A DNA stretch of 63,958 bases, counting the filler, from Octopus bimaculoides (taxonomy: Eukaryota): NCBI RefSeq assembly GCF_001194135.2. It is 5 parts of 4 records of this genome, joined end to end, with 100 filler letters (N's around TTAATTAATTAA, not from the genome) between each part and the next. Parts side by side here need not be neighbours in the genome. Positions count along the whole stretch, not along the records: positions 31,321 to 48,966 come from NC_068996.1; 4 more parts are not named here. One strand, given 5' to 3'. Under the pieces are notes generated by a model. The model was not told the origin of the DNA. It did no database searches and saw only the letters and a program-made list of their open reading frames with translations. Every line of letters starts with the position of its first letter. Within the stretch, counting starts at the first letter, position 1. This document shows, piece by piece, positions 35,935 through 48,389 of the stretch. Made by a program: the position numbers and the translations under genes.

Positions 35935-38900
35935 ATCATTCAGTTTTATTGCCAATAGAGAAAGAGCCAGTTTCTAGCCTAAATCCAAGGCTCCTTCATT
36001 GGAATTTCAACATCAACAGGGTATTTTTGTATAAATGTATGTATGTGTGCAGATTTGTTTGTTTTGTTTTATGTATGTATACTCATGCATATAGTTGCAT
36101 ATCTAGACATACTCATATATATTTAAATGATAAACTTCTGGATTTCAACAGTTTCAGTGATGGATTGGATCTGTAGTCTTTGAATCAGCTTTCTCCTTTC
36201 TGGTTTTAAGAAGCTTAATTTCTCAAGATTGGTACTTGGGCAGTGTGTTACATGTACCAGCGCCCCAATAATTACAGGTATGAATTAGAATTTGTAATCT
36301 AGATAGAGTACCTGTAGATTTTTTTCAATAGCTTAGCATAAGTATTGTTTTTTTTTTGCTGATCTTTAGCTTTATGTTAACATCCGCTGGGCAGTAGATT
36401 TCCACAACTGTACACAGTTTCTCTTCCTTATCTCAAATCATTATGTCAGGTCTTTTGTGTTTACATTTTATTAAGGTTTCCACTAGGACATTTCACCAGT
36501 ACTCCTTTTTATTATGAGTGGCTATGGCTTTTACCATACTGTGGGTTCTTANNNNNNNNNNNNNNNNNNNNNNNNNNNNNNNNNNNNNNNNNNNNNNNNN
36601 NNNNNNNNNNNNNNNNNNNNNNNNNNNNNNNNNNNNNNNNNNNNNNNNNNNNNNNNNNNNNNNNNNNNNNNNNNNNNNNNNNNNNNNNNNNNNNNNNNNN
36701 NNNNNNNNNNNNNNNNNNNNNNNNNNNNNNNNNNNNNNNNNNNNNNNNNNNNNNNNNNNNNNNNNNNNNNNNNNNNNNNNNNNNNNNNNNNNNNNNNNNN
36801 NNNNNNNNNNNNNNNNNNNNNNNNNNNNNNNNNNNNNNNNNNNNNNNNNNNNNNNNNNNNNNNNNNNNNNNNNNNNNNNNNNNNNNNNNNNNNNNNNNNN
36901 NNNNNNNNNNNNNNNNNNNNNNNNNNNNNNNNNNNNNNNNNNNNNNNNNNNNNNNNNNNNNNNNNNNNNNNNNNNNNNNNNNNNNNNNNNNNNNNNNNNN
37001 NNNNNNNNNNNNNNNNNNNNNNNNNNNNNNNNNNNNNNNNNNNNNNNNNNNNNNNNNNNNNNNNNNNNNNNNNNNNNNNNNNNNNNNNNNNNNNNNNNNN
37101 NNNNNNNNNNNNNNNNNNNNNNNNNNNNNNNNNNNNNNNNNNNNNNNNNNNNNNNNNNNNNNNNNNNNNNNNNNNNNNNNNNNNNNNNNNNNNNNNNNNN
37201 NNNNNNNNNNNNNNNNNNNNNNNNNNNNNNNNNNNNNNNNNNNNNNNNNNNNNNNNNNNNNNNNNNNNNNNNNNNNNNNNNNNNNNNNNNNNNNNNNNNN
37301 NNNNNNNNNNNNNNNNNNNNNNNNNNNNNNNNNNNNNNNNNNNNNNNNNNNNNNNNNNNNNNNNNNNNNNNNNNNNNNTCAAAGCAGTCTAGATTGATGC
37401 TAAGCCTCTTCCGCCTTGTTTTCATCTTAGGTAGAGGCGGTCTACATCGCTGTTTATGTGGAAATTATGTGTGCTTGTTAGTATCTTCCGGGTTTTCACA
37501 TCAATGGCTCAGATCTCATCAAGTCTCCACTCAAATAACCCAAATGTTGGTATGAGTACTGGTACTGCAAACACATTGTGGGCCACTCTTTTATTGAATG
37601 CAGGGAGTTCTGAGGTCCATATTTTCTTTATTTGACTATAATATTCTTTAGTGACACGTGTTTTGTTACAGGTGTCATTGTAAGATATGTTTTCATCCAC
37701 CCCTAGACACCTGTAACATTCCTCGTTAGATTCAGGGGAAACAGTTAAATCATTGATGGAGATGTTACTAGTCTGGTCTATAGTTTTCCCTCTTTCACAA
37801 ATGTTTAGCAACATTTATCCTGACCAAACTCCAACCCTATATCCTTTGAGAATCTTGTAACCAGGTCAAGGCTCTTTTTCATGCATATTCTTTGCATAAA
37901 GTTTCAAGTCATCCACAAAGAAACAGTGTGATATTTTGGTATTTCTATTTCCTTGTGAACCAATGAAATAATCTTCAGACTTCCTTAACATGAATGACAA
38001 GGGGTTTACAGAAAGTATAAACATCACAGAGAGGCTATCCCCTTGGAGTATGCCTCTCCGATACTGTATTCTGTCAGTGATAATACAGTCACATTTTGTG
38101 TTTAATTTCAAGATGGTGACCCACGATGAAGTCAAGTCAGCAATGGCTTTAACTGTGTTCACTGAAACTTTAGCTAGTCGAAGGGCTTCTAGCATCCATG
38201 AATGGGAAACAGATTCAAGGGCTTTCTTGTAGTCCAGCCATATTGAAACTATGCTTCCACACCTCTAGCATCACAGTTCTGTTGATTAACAATTGCTCGG
38301 CCCATCCCCAGGCTCCCTTCTTCCCAGCTGCTTGTTCTGCTATGATGATGTAATTTCTTTCACAATGTCTTAGAAAAAAGAAGTTTAAACATTCTGAATA
38401 TAGATACAAATTAAATGATATTTTTTCAAATGCAGAACTGCCGTTAGAATAGCAGAAATACTTGGTAAATTACCCTTATGAAGCAGAAAAAATTGTCAAC
38501 AAAGACTCCCGCTGAGTGCTAAACTGCCTGCTGACAAATTCATCACAAAATTAGATGCTAAATAGCTAAATGTACAACTACGTGTATAAATATAAACAGA
38601 TTAACATTTGTTTTCATAAGCATCGAAATGTGTATAAAATGATTCAAATTTGTCAGTTGGCAATTTAGCTTAATGGTAAAGCACCCAACTGGAGTCTTTG
38701 GAGGATGCGGGCTTGAATTTCATGGCTGGTTGACACATTTTTCCGTTTTGTAAGGGTAATTTACACAGTATTTCTACTGTTCCAGCATTAGTTCTGTGTT
38801 TGAAAACATATATAACCTTATTTGTATTGACGCTTATAAAAACAAATGTTTGTTTATGTTTATACATGTATGCTGTATATATTTTAGACCATAAGTTCTG

Positions 38901-39092
38901 GCATGCGATTGGCCAGTAGTTTTTTTTTTTTGCCACGTGGGTGGTTCTGCATTTGGGTATCAGTTTTGTCTTTGCTAGAACTGACCAATGTGGTCTGCTA
39001 TTATTCCTATTGAGAGATTGCTGGTACGGGTTTATAAGACACAGTTGGTAGAATTCGCTTCTACCAGCATCCAACAATCAAATCTCTTCCAG
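35935..39092 (-). mobile_element. RLE-type (R4/Dong-like) non-LTR retrotransposon, 5'-truncated, spanning a gap and interrupted by an insertion
   Basis: Minus-strand RT: LIPK..NYWPIAC (38880-38990), EQAAGKKG..EQLLIN, RRGILQGDSLS, FFVDDLKLYA. After the gap: restriction-like endonuclease motif KRPDIMI..VEI..P..IPVIIGAL (36240-36480), then a 3' UTR ending aataaaactgaat. Confidence 0.85.
38401..38868. mobile_element. Composite TA-flanked insertion: TIR-bounded unit 38581-38868 with tRNA-like core, plus a partial inverted copy 38403-38545
   Basis: TA at 38399-400, 38579-80 and 38869-70. Removal restores the host LINE frame (KIYTA-YSECLN). TIR-like ends 38581-38624 vs 38829-38868. Confidence 0.75.
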
Positions 39093-39373
39093 TTGTATGT
39101 ATGTATGTACGTATGCATCTATGTATGCATGTATATGTGTATGTATGCATATATGTATGTATGTGTACATGTATGTATGTATGTATGTATGCATGTATGT
39201 ATGCATGGATGTATGCATGGATGTATGATATATATATATATGCATACATGCATACATGCATACATACATACACACACATACACACGCACGCACACACACA
39301 CACACATATATATACATCCATACATACATACATGTATACAGACGCACACATACACATACATACATACATACAA

Positions 39374-39408
<35 letters not shown>

Positions 39409-39410
39409 TA
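39093..39410. repeat. Degenerate (TATG)n then (CATA)n microsatellite
   Basis: Direct reading; the strand polarity flips around 39235. Confidence 0.92.
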
Positions 39411-40263
39411 NNNNNNNNNNNNNNNNNNNNNNNNNNNNNNNNNNNNNNNNNNNNNNNNNNNNNNNNNNNNNNNNNNNNNNNNNNNNNNNNNNNNNNNNNN
39501 NNNNNNNNNNNNNNNNNNNNNNNNNNNNNNNNNNNNNNNNNNNNNNNNNNNNNNNNNNNNNNNNNNNNNNNNNNNNNNNNNNNNNNNNNNNNNNNNNNNN
39601 NNNNNNNNNNNNNNNNNNNNNNNNNNNNNNNNNNNNNNNNNNNNNNNNNNNNNNNNNNNNNNNNNNNNNNNNNNNNNNNNNNNNNNNNNNNNNNNNNNNN
39701 NNNNNNNNNNNNNNNNNNNNNNNNNNNNNNNNNNNNNNNNNNNNNNNNNNNNNNNNNNNNNNNNNNNNNNNNNNNNNNNNNNNNNNNNNNNNNNNNNNNN
39801 NNNNNNNNNNNNNNNNNNNNNNNNNNNNNNNNNNNNNNNNNNNNNNNNNNNNNNNNNNNNNNNNNNNNNNNNNNNNNNNNNNNNNNNNNNNNNNNNNNNN
39901 NNNNNNNNNNNNNNNNNNNNNNNNNNNNNNNNNNNNNNNNNNNNNNNNNNNNNNNNNNNNNNNNNNNNNNNNNNNNNNNNNNNNNNNNNNNNNNNNNNNN
40001 NNNNNNNNNNNNNNNNNNNNNNNNNNNNNNNNNNNNNNNNNNNNNNNNNNNNNNNNNNNNNNNNNNNNNNNNNNNNNNNNNNNNNNNNNNNNNNNNNNNN
40101 NNNNNNNNNNNNNNNNNNNNNNNNNNNNNNNNNNNNNNNNNNNNNNNNNNNNNNNNNNNNNNNNNNNNNNNNNNNNNNNNNNNNNNNNNNNNNNNNNNNN
40201 NNNNNNNNNNNNNNNNNNNNNNNNNNNNNNNNNNNNNNNNNNNNNNNNNNNNNNNNNNNNNNN

Positions 40264-40295
<32 letters not shown>

Positions 40296-40309
40296 ATTCA
40301 ACATGGTGG

Positions 40310-42365
40310 AGTCTTCATCAGCAACTGAAGAAAAAGAGAGGATGGCTTTCGAAGTCAATCCCCAACAAACACGGAAAGAGGTAGAAGCAAGAGAGCCAAC
40401 AGCAGCAACAACAGCAATATCGACAAAAACATAGAAAAGCAACAAATGAAAACAACACCAGTACAATCACCGCCATCACAAAAGCCAATCAAAGCAATAA
40501 CAACAAGGAACAAACAAAAAAAAAAACAGGAAAAAGAAAAAAAAACATTGACGTCAACAACAAACTGAATCAGTTAGGTTTATAAAGGCATTAGTGATAG
40601 AGAGAAATAAAATAGAAGGGAACTTAGAAACGTAGAAGAGGCGCTTAGGAAAGGCATTGCAGACAAAGTGCTGGTTACGAGATTGGCCCTGGACCAAATC
40701 TTCAACGCTAAAAGCGAAGGTTGTATTGTCAGAGCTAAGGTGCATACTTTAAGACAAAAAGGAACGAAAGCTGCTTGATAGGCCCGAGTGGACGAGGCGG
40801 AACGTGGCAACAAAGTCATAATTTGGTCTTTGGTGGACCAAATTTGGTGCACGGTACTCGAGCCCGAGTAGATGTGTGCGGCATTTCAGTAGCATTTCAC
40901 TCGGTTGTTCGGTATGAATGATAGTCCGGAACGCAAGATGGACTTCGGTACTTACATCGGCAACGTGTCACGACACTCGGTAATCAGGGAGAAGCATTGC
41001 GAAATTCCTATAACAACCCCAGAAATACGGAATGCGTTGATGAGTTGCACGGGGGCGGGCGGGCAAATCTCCTGGTTTGAATGGTTTGCCAAACGAGATT
41101 AACTTTTGCCTTTTGATAGACATGTACATCAACTGACAGCAGAACGGGAGATTACCTAATTCTGTGCATCGAGGATCTGTGGCATTGTTGAGAAAGGACC
41201 CAAACAAGGGAGGTCAAATAGAAAATTTTAGGCTCATAACGCTGCTGAATGCAGATTTCAAAATTTTGGTCATGGTGTTACCAAAGACCTTGTCGTCGAG
41301 GAATTGATTGGTGATGCACAAAAATGCACCATCCCAAGCAGATTCATCCACAGCGACTTCCACCTCATGCGATACATCAAAGAGAGGGTGAGTAAAGAAG
41401 CCGGCATGGATGAGGCCCGAAACAGTCTACAGCATTCGATAGAGTCGGCGGCCATTCTCACGGCGACCGGTTTGATTCTATTTTCCTTGGTTGGGTCACT
41501 GCAATGTATAGCAACATCTGCTCGGTAGTTAAGGTGAATGGTTACCAGTCGGAACCATTCAGCTTCATGCGTTCAGTCTGTCGGGAGTGTCCGCTCTCGT
41601 CTCTGCTGTATGTACTGGTTCTAGATCCACTGCTACAGAGGCTGGAGAAGCATCTCCGTGAATTAGCACGTGGTAGAACCGTGTCGACATACGCAGACGA
41701 CGTCGCCGTCATAGTGTCGAACAACAGGCACATAGACCTGGTCGGCACCGCTCTAAAAGAATACGAAGCGGTGACAGGAGTAAAAGTTAACCGAGAAAAG
41801 TTAGTGGGCCGGAGTTCGGTTCCCGGAAAAGCAGAACCATACCGTTCAATAGTAGGACGCTGGACGGAGAGACCGATTATATTACTTGGGGTCTGGTTTA
41901 GTCTGGATCTCCAGGTGAAGAACTGGGATGAGGCGATGGACAAGGTGGGCATGTAGAAATGCACTGAGAGAAAGCTATCTCTGAAAGGGCAGAGGAGGCG
42001 AATGCTTACATCACCTCCGTATTTATATTACCGCCTTACTGTCATGCTTTGCACCAGTTTAATCCTGACCAAACGGGAGCACGTGCTTCTCCACTTTCTG
42101 TAGAAGGGGCGCGCTCCACTGGTCAGGTGCTCCATTTACTGACAACACCTTCTGAATGGAGGGCTGGGCATGATGTGGATGGTGATGCACAGACATTCGC
42201 GGAGGCTGTGGCATCTCCAGCGTTTCTTAGACAGTGAGCAGGTGTGATCGTTGGATTTTCCAAAGCTCGTCTCTTTGTCTGAGCTGCAGTACTGGATCAA
42301 ACGTTGACCGAGGCAGGGCACCTGGTATCTAGAGTATCGTCAGGCGCTTACAGTCCTCAGTCAGT
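40310..42365 (+). mobile_element. L1/Tx1-clade LINE fragment (RT region, endonuclease region missing)
   Basis: 40560-40800 parallels 44800-45030; RT motifs LLRKDPNKG, TLLNADFKIL, CPLSSLLYVL, STYADDVAVIV. Boundaries approximate. Confidence 0.85.
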
Positions 42366-42488
42366 GGATGTTCCACTCTGGCATTCTACAGAAAGTTAGT
42401 GTTAGTGGCAGGCAAGTGCGGCGACGTTCTCGCGGATATTCTGGACATCGACTNNNNNNNNNNNNNNNNNNNNNNNNNNNNNNNNNNN

Positions 42489-45400
42489 GGGGGGGGTCGG
42501 GCTGGGGTCTATAGCTAACTTCCAGTAATCTTTGACCTGACAGTGTTACTGGGGGGAATTGCCAATTCGGGACAAATTTTACAGGCATAGAAGTGCCGTC
42601 AGCCGGGCTTTCTCGAAATGCGCACAGAGCTTCGAAACTGTTCTGCACGCTCTCATCTCGGCAGGTGGAAAATGCTCCCGAGAACAGAGTACAAAAATGC
42701 CTTGGCGCGTGTGGGAACAAAAGACCCACATCACTCAAGGAAAGAAGTTTGGAACTATTGAGGTGAGATTTGGGACGGAAGAAGAAGCTAGATGTAACTC
42801 CGTAACCACTTTGAGGAATGACACCTTTTTCTTAATCCCCAGCTATCGCGGCCAACGTCTTGCCAAGATTATGGTACTGAATGTGCCGCCAGAAATATCT
42901 ATTACCTGGTTAGTGGCGGCCGTCTTGGCAGGTTTAGAAGAAGACGAAGTCACAATACTGGAGGTCAAGAAACTACCTAAGCAAAACTGGATAGGTATAG
43001 GTATGGAACTGACCTTGTAATGCAAGCAGGACCATATCGAACAGTTGCTCGATCTAATCAATCTCCCGGGTTGTACTCACCTGTCAGTGGTAGCGGAGGG
43101 TAGAAAGCCAAGATGCTTAAAGGCTTTATGCCCTGAAACAAGGAAAAATAAAGTCCCCCTGCTGCCAGCATTACAAATACCACAAGTGCAAAATCGTAAA
43201 CAAATGTTCAAGACTCCTACATCTATTCCCACAGCGACGCTCACACCCAGTCCCAAACCAAGACAAAGAAGGAATCAACCCTCGGTTGCCATTGAAAAGC
43301 AAGTTTTTCCTGAATGTTCATCCTCCCAAACCAACATCAACTGCAACGACATGGTGAAGGAAGAGTTGCACAATCAATGGATCACAGGGATGGATAAAAA
43401 TGGGGGTAGACGAAGGAGAAAGAGAGTACGTAGTCTTACACCAAGAAATCAACAAAAACTTATTCTGAAACCACAACTGCAACAAAAACAATAAGAACAA
43501 GATCAAAAACTTCAAAAACAACATCAACAACAGCATGAGGTCACGGAAACACAGAAACAACCAATTACAGAACTTCAAAAATATTCATCAGACTGTAGAC
43601 GAAATGTATCCATTAGTTTCACTGTTGTGAACAAGTATAGCAGTGAATTGATGGATTTTGTAAGTCAAAGCAAAAAGAAAATAAAGGCAATGGGAAAAGA
43701 ATTTGAGGATTTCATCCTCAAAACTCCCAGGGACAGAGTATTAATTAAAACGTCGTCAGACGTTCATAAAACTATAATAAAAAAAATTCCCAGGTAGTGT
43801 GGGGACTTGAAAAAATCTGTTGATAGAAGGCTGTTGGAAGGGCCTTTTAAGTATTTTTCGCCAGTAGAGAAGCCCGGAACTTCCGGGCTTCTCGAAAATC
43901 AAGGTGAATAATTTCCTCATTTTATTTTTCTGACTAGCATGGCTGTGCTGAGAATGGGGTGTGTGAATGTGCATGGCCTGGGATCAGCTTGGAAGCAGGG
44001 TCACTTGCTCAATGACCTCAGGTCACTTGATTTGGATGTGGTTGCCATTAGTGAAACAAGGATTTCCGGAAAACACGCTCTAGCATCCATTTTCGAGGAC
44101 TACGAGGTATTCTCATTTTGTGGTCTATTGGAAACGAGTGGCACTGTAGCAGTGCTACTCCAGAAATCCTTAAATCTCCAAGTACGTGCTATCTTCCTGG
44201 ACCCGGATGGTAGGGTGGTGGTCCTGGACCGAATAGCAGCGAAGGTAGCGCCTTTAGAATCGTGGTGACTTATGATCCAAAAGGAGCTGGAAGGCCAGAT
44301 TTCTTCAGGCGTCTAGAAACATTCTTGGGAACGTCTTGCACTTTAGTACTAATGGGGGACTGGAATAGTATTTTGGACGCACGGAAGGACTGTGTGGATT
44401 ATTTTAGCACATAGTCGAAGTGGGTGTAAAAGCCTCGAAAATCTGCTCAGGACTTTCCAGCTTTCTGCCAGGTACCGACTGGATTTCCCTGATGTGCCAG
44501 TGTGGACATGGAGTAACCACAATGGGTTATCCAGATTGTATTTAGATAGAGTATTTGTTAGGTCAGAGGATAGGGATAGCATAGTTTGTCCACAATTTAA
44601 ATTGGTTGGCTATACAGAACACAAATTTGTGATATGTTCAGTCTATGTAGATAATACCCGTAGACAAGGACTCTGTTACTGAAAGTTGAATGCCTCCTTA
44701 CCGGCTCACAAAGACTACAGGGGCCGGATTAGCGAACTAGTTAAGCGGCAGTTGTTGGAACCGGTGGTGGATCGCTCTGAAGAGAGCGATTAGAATCGAT
44801 AGCTTTTAGCAAAGATTTAGCAATAGAAAGAAATAGATTAGAGGGAGAACTAGTTAGCAAACTAGTAGAGGCATCGTGACCGACGTCTTAGCAGTGAGAA
44901 TGGCCCTTGACCATTTCCTTGATGCGAAACACAAAGGATGCGTTGTCAGAGCTAAGGCCCATGCGCTAAAGCACAAAGGAACTAAAACCGTCCGATGGGC
45001 CCGAATAGTAGAGACGCAACGTGGAAACAAAACCACAATCAAGCCTTTGACAGATCAGGATGGACGTATGCTACTCGGTTTTGAGTAGATGTGTGTGACT
45101 TTCCAGCAGCACTTTGTGCAGCTGTTTGGAGGGGGTGATGGGTTGACGACGGGAGCGAACTTTACTTCGTACCAAGACGGCCTATCAAGGCTCTCGTTGA
45201 CGGACGCGAGATTATGCAAAAAGCCGATTACTGCCTTTGAAATACAGGAGGTGATGAATGATTGCACAAATCGCCCGGTTTGGATAGTCTGCCCTACAAA
45301 TTCTATGTTTTCAATCCAGATTTGTTTGGCAGTTTCTTGGCAGATATCTAGAGTAATTGGCAGAAGAACGGGAGAATTCCTAGTGCTGTTATCCGGGGTG

Positions 45401-46215
45401 TAGTAACACTGCTGAGAAAGGACGCCTACAATGGGGACGTACAAGGGAATTTTCGGCCCATAACTCTGATAAACTCAGAGTTTAAGATTTTGGCCAAGGT
45501 GCTAGCGAAAAGGTTGGCGTATGTCATTGGTGGTCTGGTCAGAGAAGCACAAAAGTACGCAATCCCGTGCAGGTCTATCCATAACTGCCTCCACCTTATG
45601 CAATACATCAGAGAGAGGGTTGAGACTAAAGTTGGCTTGGGTGGGGCCCTGATCAATTTAGATCTGTCGAAAGCTTTTGATAGGGTTGACCATCACTACT
45701 TAGAAGCCATCCTTAAAACAGATGATTTCGGACCCGTTTTCAGAGGCTGGATTGCTGCAATGCACAACGGTACCTGTTCGGTGGTCAAAGTAAATGGCCA
45801 CCTATTGGAACCATTTAATATCGCACGTTTGGTCCGTCAGAGCTATCTGCTGTTGCCTCTTCTGAATGTGCTGGCTCTTAAGCCACTGCTGTGGAAGTTG
45901 GAACAGTTAAGAGGCCCGCCTTTCGAAATTGGACTCGGAAGGGCAGCATCATGGTGTCGGACGCCTCTGAAGTGGAGAAGCTTGGCTCCATTGTAAAGGA
46001 ATATGAGTTGGTTGCAAGGGTTAAAATCAATGCTGATAAGTCGGTGGGGTTGTGACTGGGCACATGGAGAAGTAGATTGATGCTGTCGGATGGCGTCGTC
46101 AGACACTGGACAGACGGACCAGTTAAACTGCTCAGGGTCTGGTTTGATGCCGACCTCCAGGTAGAGAAGAACTGAAAAGAGCTGATGAACAGCTAAACAG
46201 AGATCTTGGATGGGT
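42489..46215 (+). mobile_element. L1/Tx1-clade LINE, near full length, degenerate, 3'-truncated
   Basis: ORF1 remnants 42559-43867. ORF2 from 43939: APE endonuclease (MGCVNVHGLG, ISETR, LDRVF) then RT (RPITLINSEFKILAKVLAKRL, LDLSKAFDRVDH). Many stops and frameshifts. 5' end hidden by the gap at 42454-42488. Confidence 0.9.
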
Positions 46216-46776
46216 AAAAGCAATCAAAGAAAAGAAAATGGTGAGGGGAAAATACAGGAATGAACTGCACAGAAAGTACAAGTTAGACATTTTAATATCA
46301 CATGCAAGAAATTTTGTTTTTGTCTACATTTGAAATATAAACAAAATATAAACAAGTTTCTATTTTGCATACCTCATCTCCCTCATCTTGTTCTCATTTG
46401 TCAGTCAAATCTTCATTCATCAATTTTAATTTTAAATTACAAATCTATTTATTTAACTCATTGGAACAATTTCAAGAATATAATTTTGCTCATGGGATTA
46501 GATTTAGCATCACTAGTACAGAATTTTCAGTACTAATCTTGTTTGAAACATCTGAGATCTTAAATCCTTTAAGATTATGTTGCCAATCTATTTAAAATAT
46601 CTTCAATTTGCTCCATTAGCATCATTGCATTTAGTTTATCATTTTGCTGGAAACACCGTTTCACTCTTGCTGATTTTAACAAGTTACTGATGATATATAA
46701 AGCTATCATGATGCTTATCCTGTCAGTAAAAACATCATTGTTTGCAAAACCCATTTTAGTCAGTATGAAAAATTAA

Positions 46777-46781
46777 TAATG

Positions 46782-46849
<68 letters not shown>

Positions 46850-47023
46850 CAATAATAACAATAACAGCAGCAACAACAATAATAATAACAACAACAACAA
46901 TAATAATGATAATAATAACAACAATAATAACAACAACAACAATAATAATAACAATAACAACAACAACAATAATAATAATATTAATGATGAATACGACGAC
47001 GACAACAACAACAATAATAATAA
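46777..47023. repeat. (TAA)n/(CAA)n microsatellite
   Basis: Direct reading; runs into an N gap. Confidence 0.97.
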
Positions 47024-47936
47024 NNNNNNNNNNNNNNNNNNNNNNNNNNNNNNNNNNNNNNNNNNNNNNNNNNNNNNNNNNNNNNNNNNNNNNNNNNNNN
47101 NNNNNNNNNNNNNNNNNNNNNNNNNNNNNNNNNNNNNNNNNNNNNNNNNNNNNNNNNNNNNNNNNNNNNNNNNNNNNNNNNNNNNNNNNNNNNNNNNNNN
47201 NNNNNNNNNNNNNNNNNNNNNNNNNNNNNNNNNNNNNNNNNNNNNNNNNNNNNNNNNNNNNNNNNNNNNNNNNNNNNNNNNNNNNNNNNNNNNNNNNNNN
47301 NNNNNNNNNNNNNNNNNNNNNNNNNNNNNNNNNNNNNNNNNNNNNNNNNNNNNNNNNNNNNNNNNNNNNNNNNNNNNNNNNNNNNNNNNNNNNNNNNNNN
47401 NNNNNNNNNNNNNNNNNNNNNNNNNNNNNNNNNNNNNNNNNNNNNNNNNNNNNNNNNNNNNNNNNNNNNNNNNNNNNNNNNNNNNNNNNNNNNNNNNNNN
47501 NNNNNNNNNNNNNNNNNNNNNNNNNNNNNNNNNNNNNNNNNNNNNNNNNNNNNNNNNNNNNNNNNNNNNNNNNNNNNNNNNNNNNNNNNNNNNNNNNNNN
47601 NNNNNNNNNNNNNNNNNNNNNNNNNNNNNNNNNNNNNNNNNNNNNNNNNNNNNNNNNNNNNNNNNNNNNNNNNNNNNNNNNNNNNNNNNNNNNNNNNNNN
47701 NNNNNNNNNNNNNNNNNNNNNNNNNNNNNNNNNNNNNNNNNNNNNNNNNNNNNNNNNNNNNNNNNNNNNNNNNNNNNNNNNNNNNNNNNNNNNNNNNNNN
47801 NNNNNNNNNNNNNNNNNNNNNNNNNNNNNNNNNNNNNNNNNNNNNNNNNNNNNNNNNNNNNNNNNNNNNNNNNNNNNNNNNNNNNNNNNNNNNNNNNNNN
47901 NNNNNNNNNNNNNNNNNNNNNNNNNNNNNNNNNNNA

Positions 47937-48261
47937 CAAAGACCTGGAAATAGAGGTAACTCGAATGTGGAATCTAAAAACAGAAACAATTCCTATTATA
48001 GTAGGTGCCTTAGGTATAATAAAAAAAATATTCAGACAAATACATAACAAAAACACCAGGACTTACAAATATATATAACATACAGAAAATTGCACTACTG
48101 GGTACTGCACACATCCTACGCAAAACACTTTCAATACAGTAACCATAAGAACACCACAGCAAACCACAGCACATACCCAAGGCGCACAGAGCTGCGCTCG
48201 GTAGTGAAGTGAAAGCACGTTATAAAAATAAAACTACTGAACAATAATAATAATAATAATA
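47937..48261 (+). mobile_element. RLE-type (R4/Dong-like) LINE 3' end with (TAA)n tail
   Basis: KDLEIEVTRMWNLKTETIPIIVGALG, then a 3' UTR ending aataaaactactgaac and (AAT)n. Upstream part lies in the gap 47024-47935. Confidence 0.8.
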
Positions 48262-48389
48262 ATTCAGCAATTGTAGTTGCAGAGGAGGTGAAATCAATAG
48301 CAAAGCAAAGTACGTTTGAACAATTGGCTGATAGGTGGGAACAAATATGTGCAAGGCAAATATGTGGTCTGTAGCAAACAAGAAGGTGT

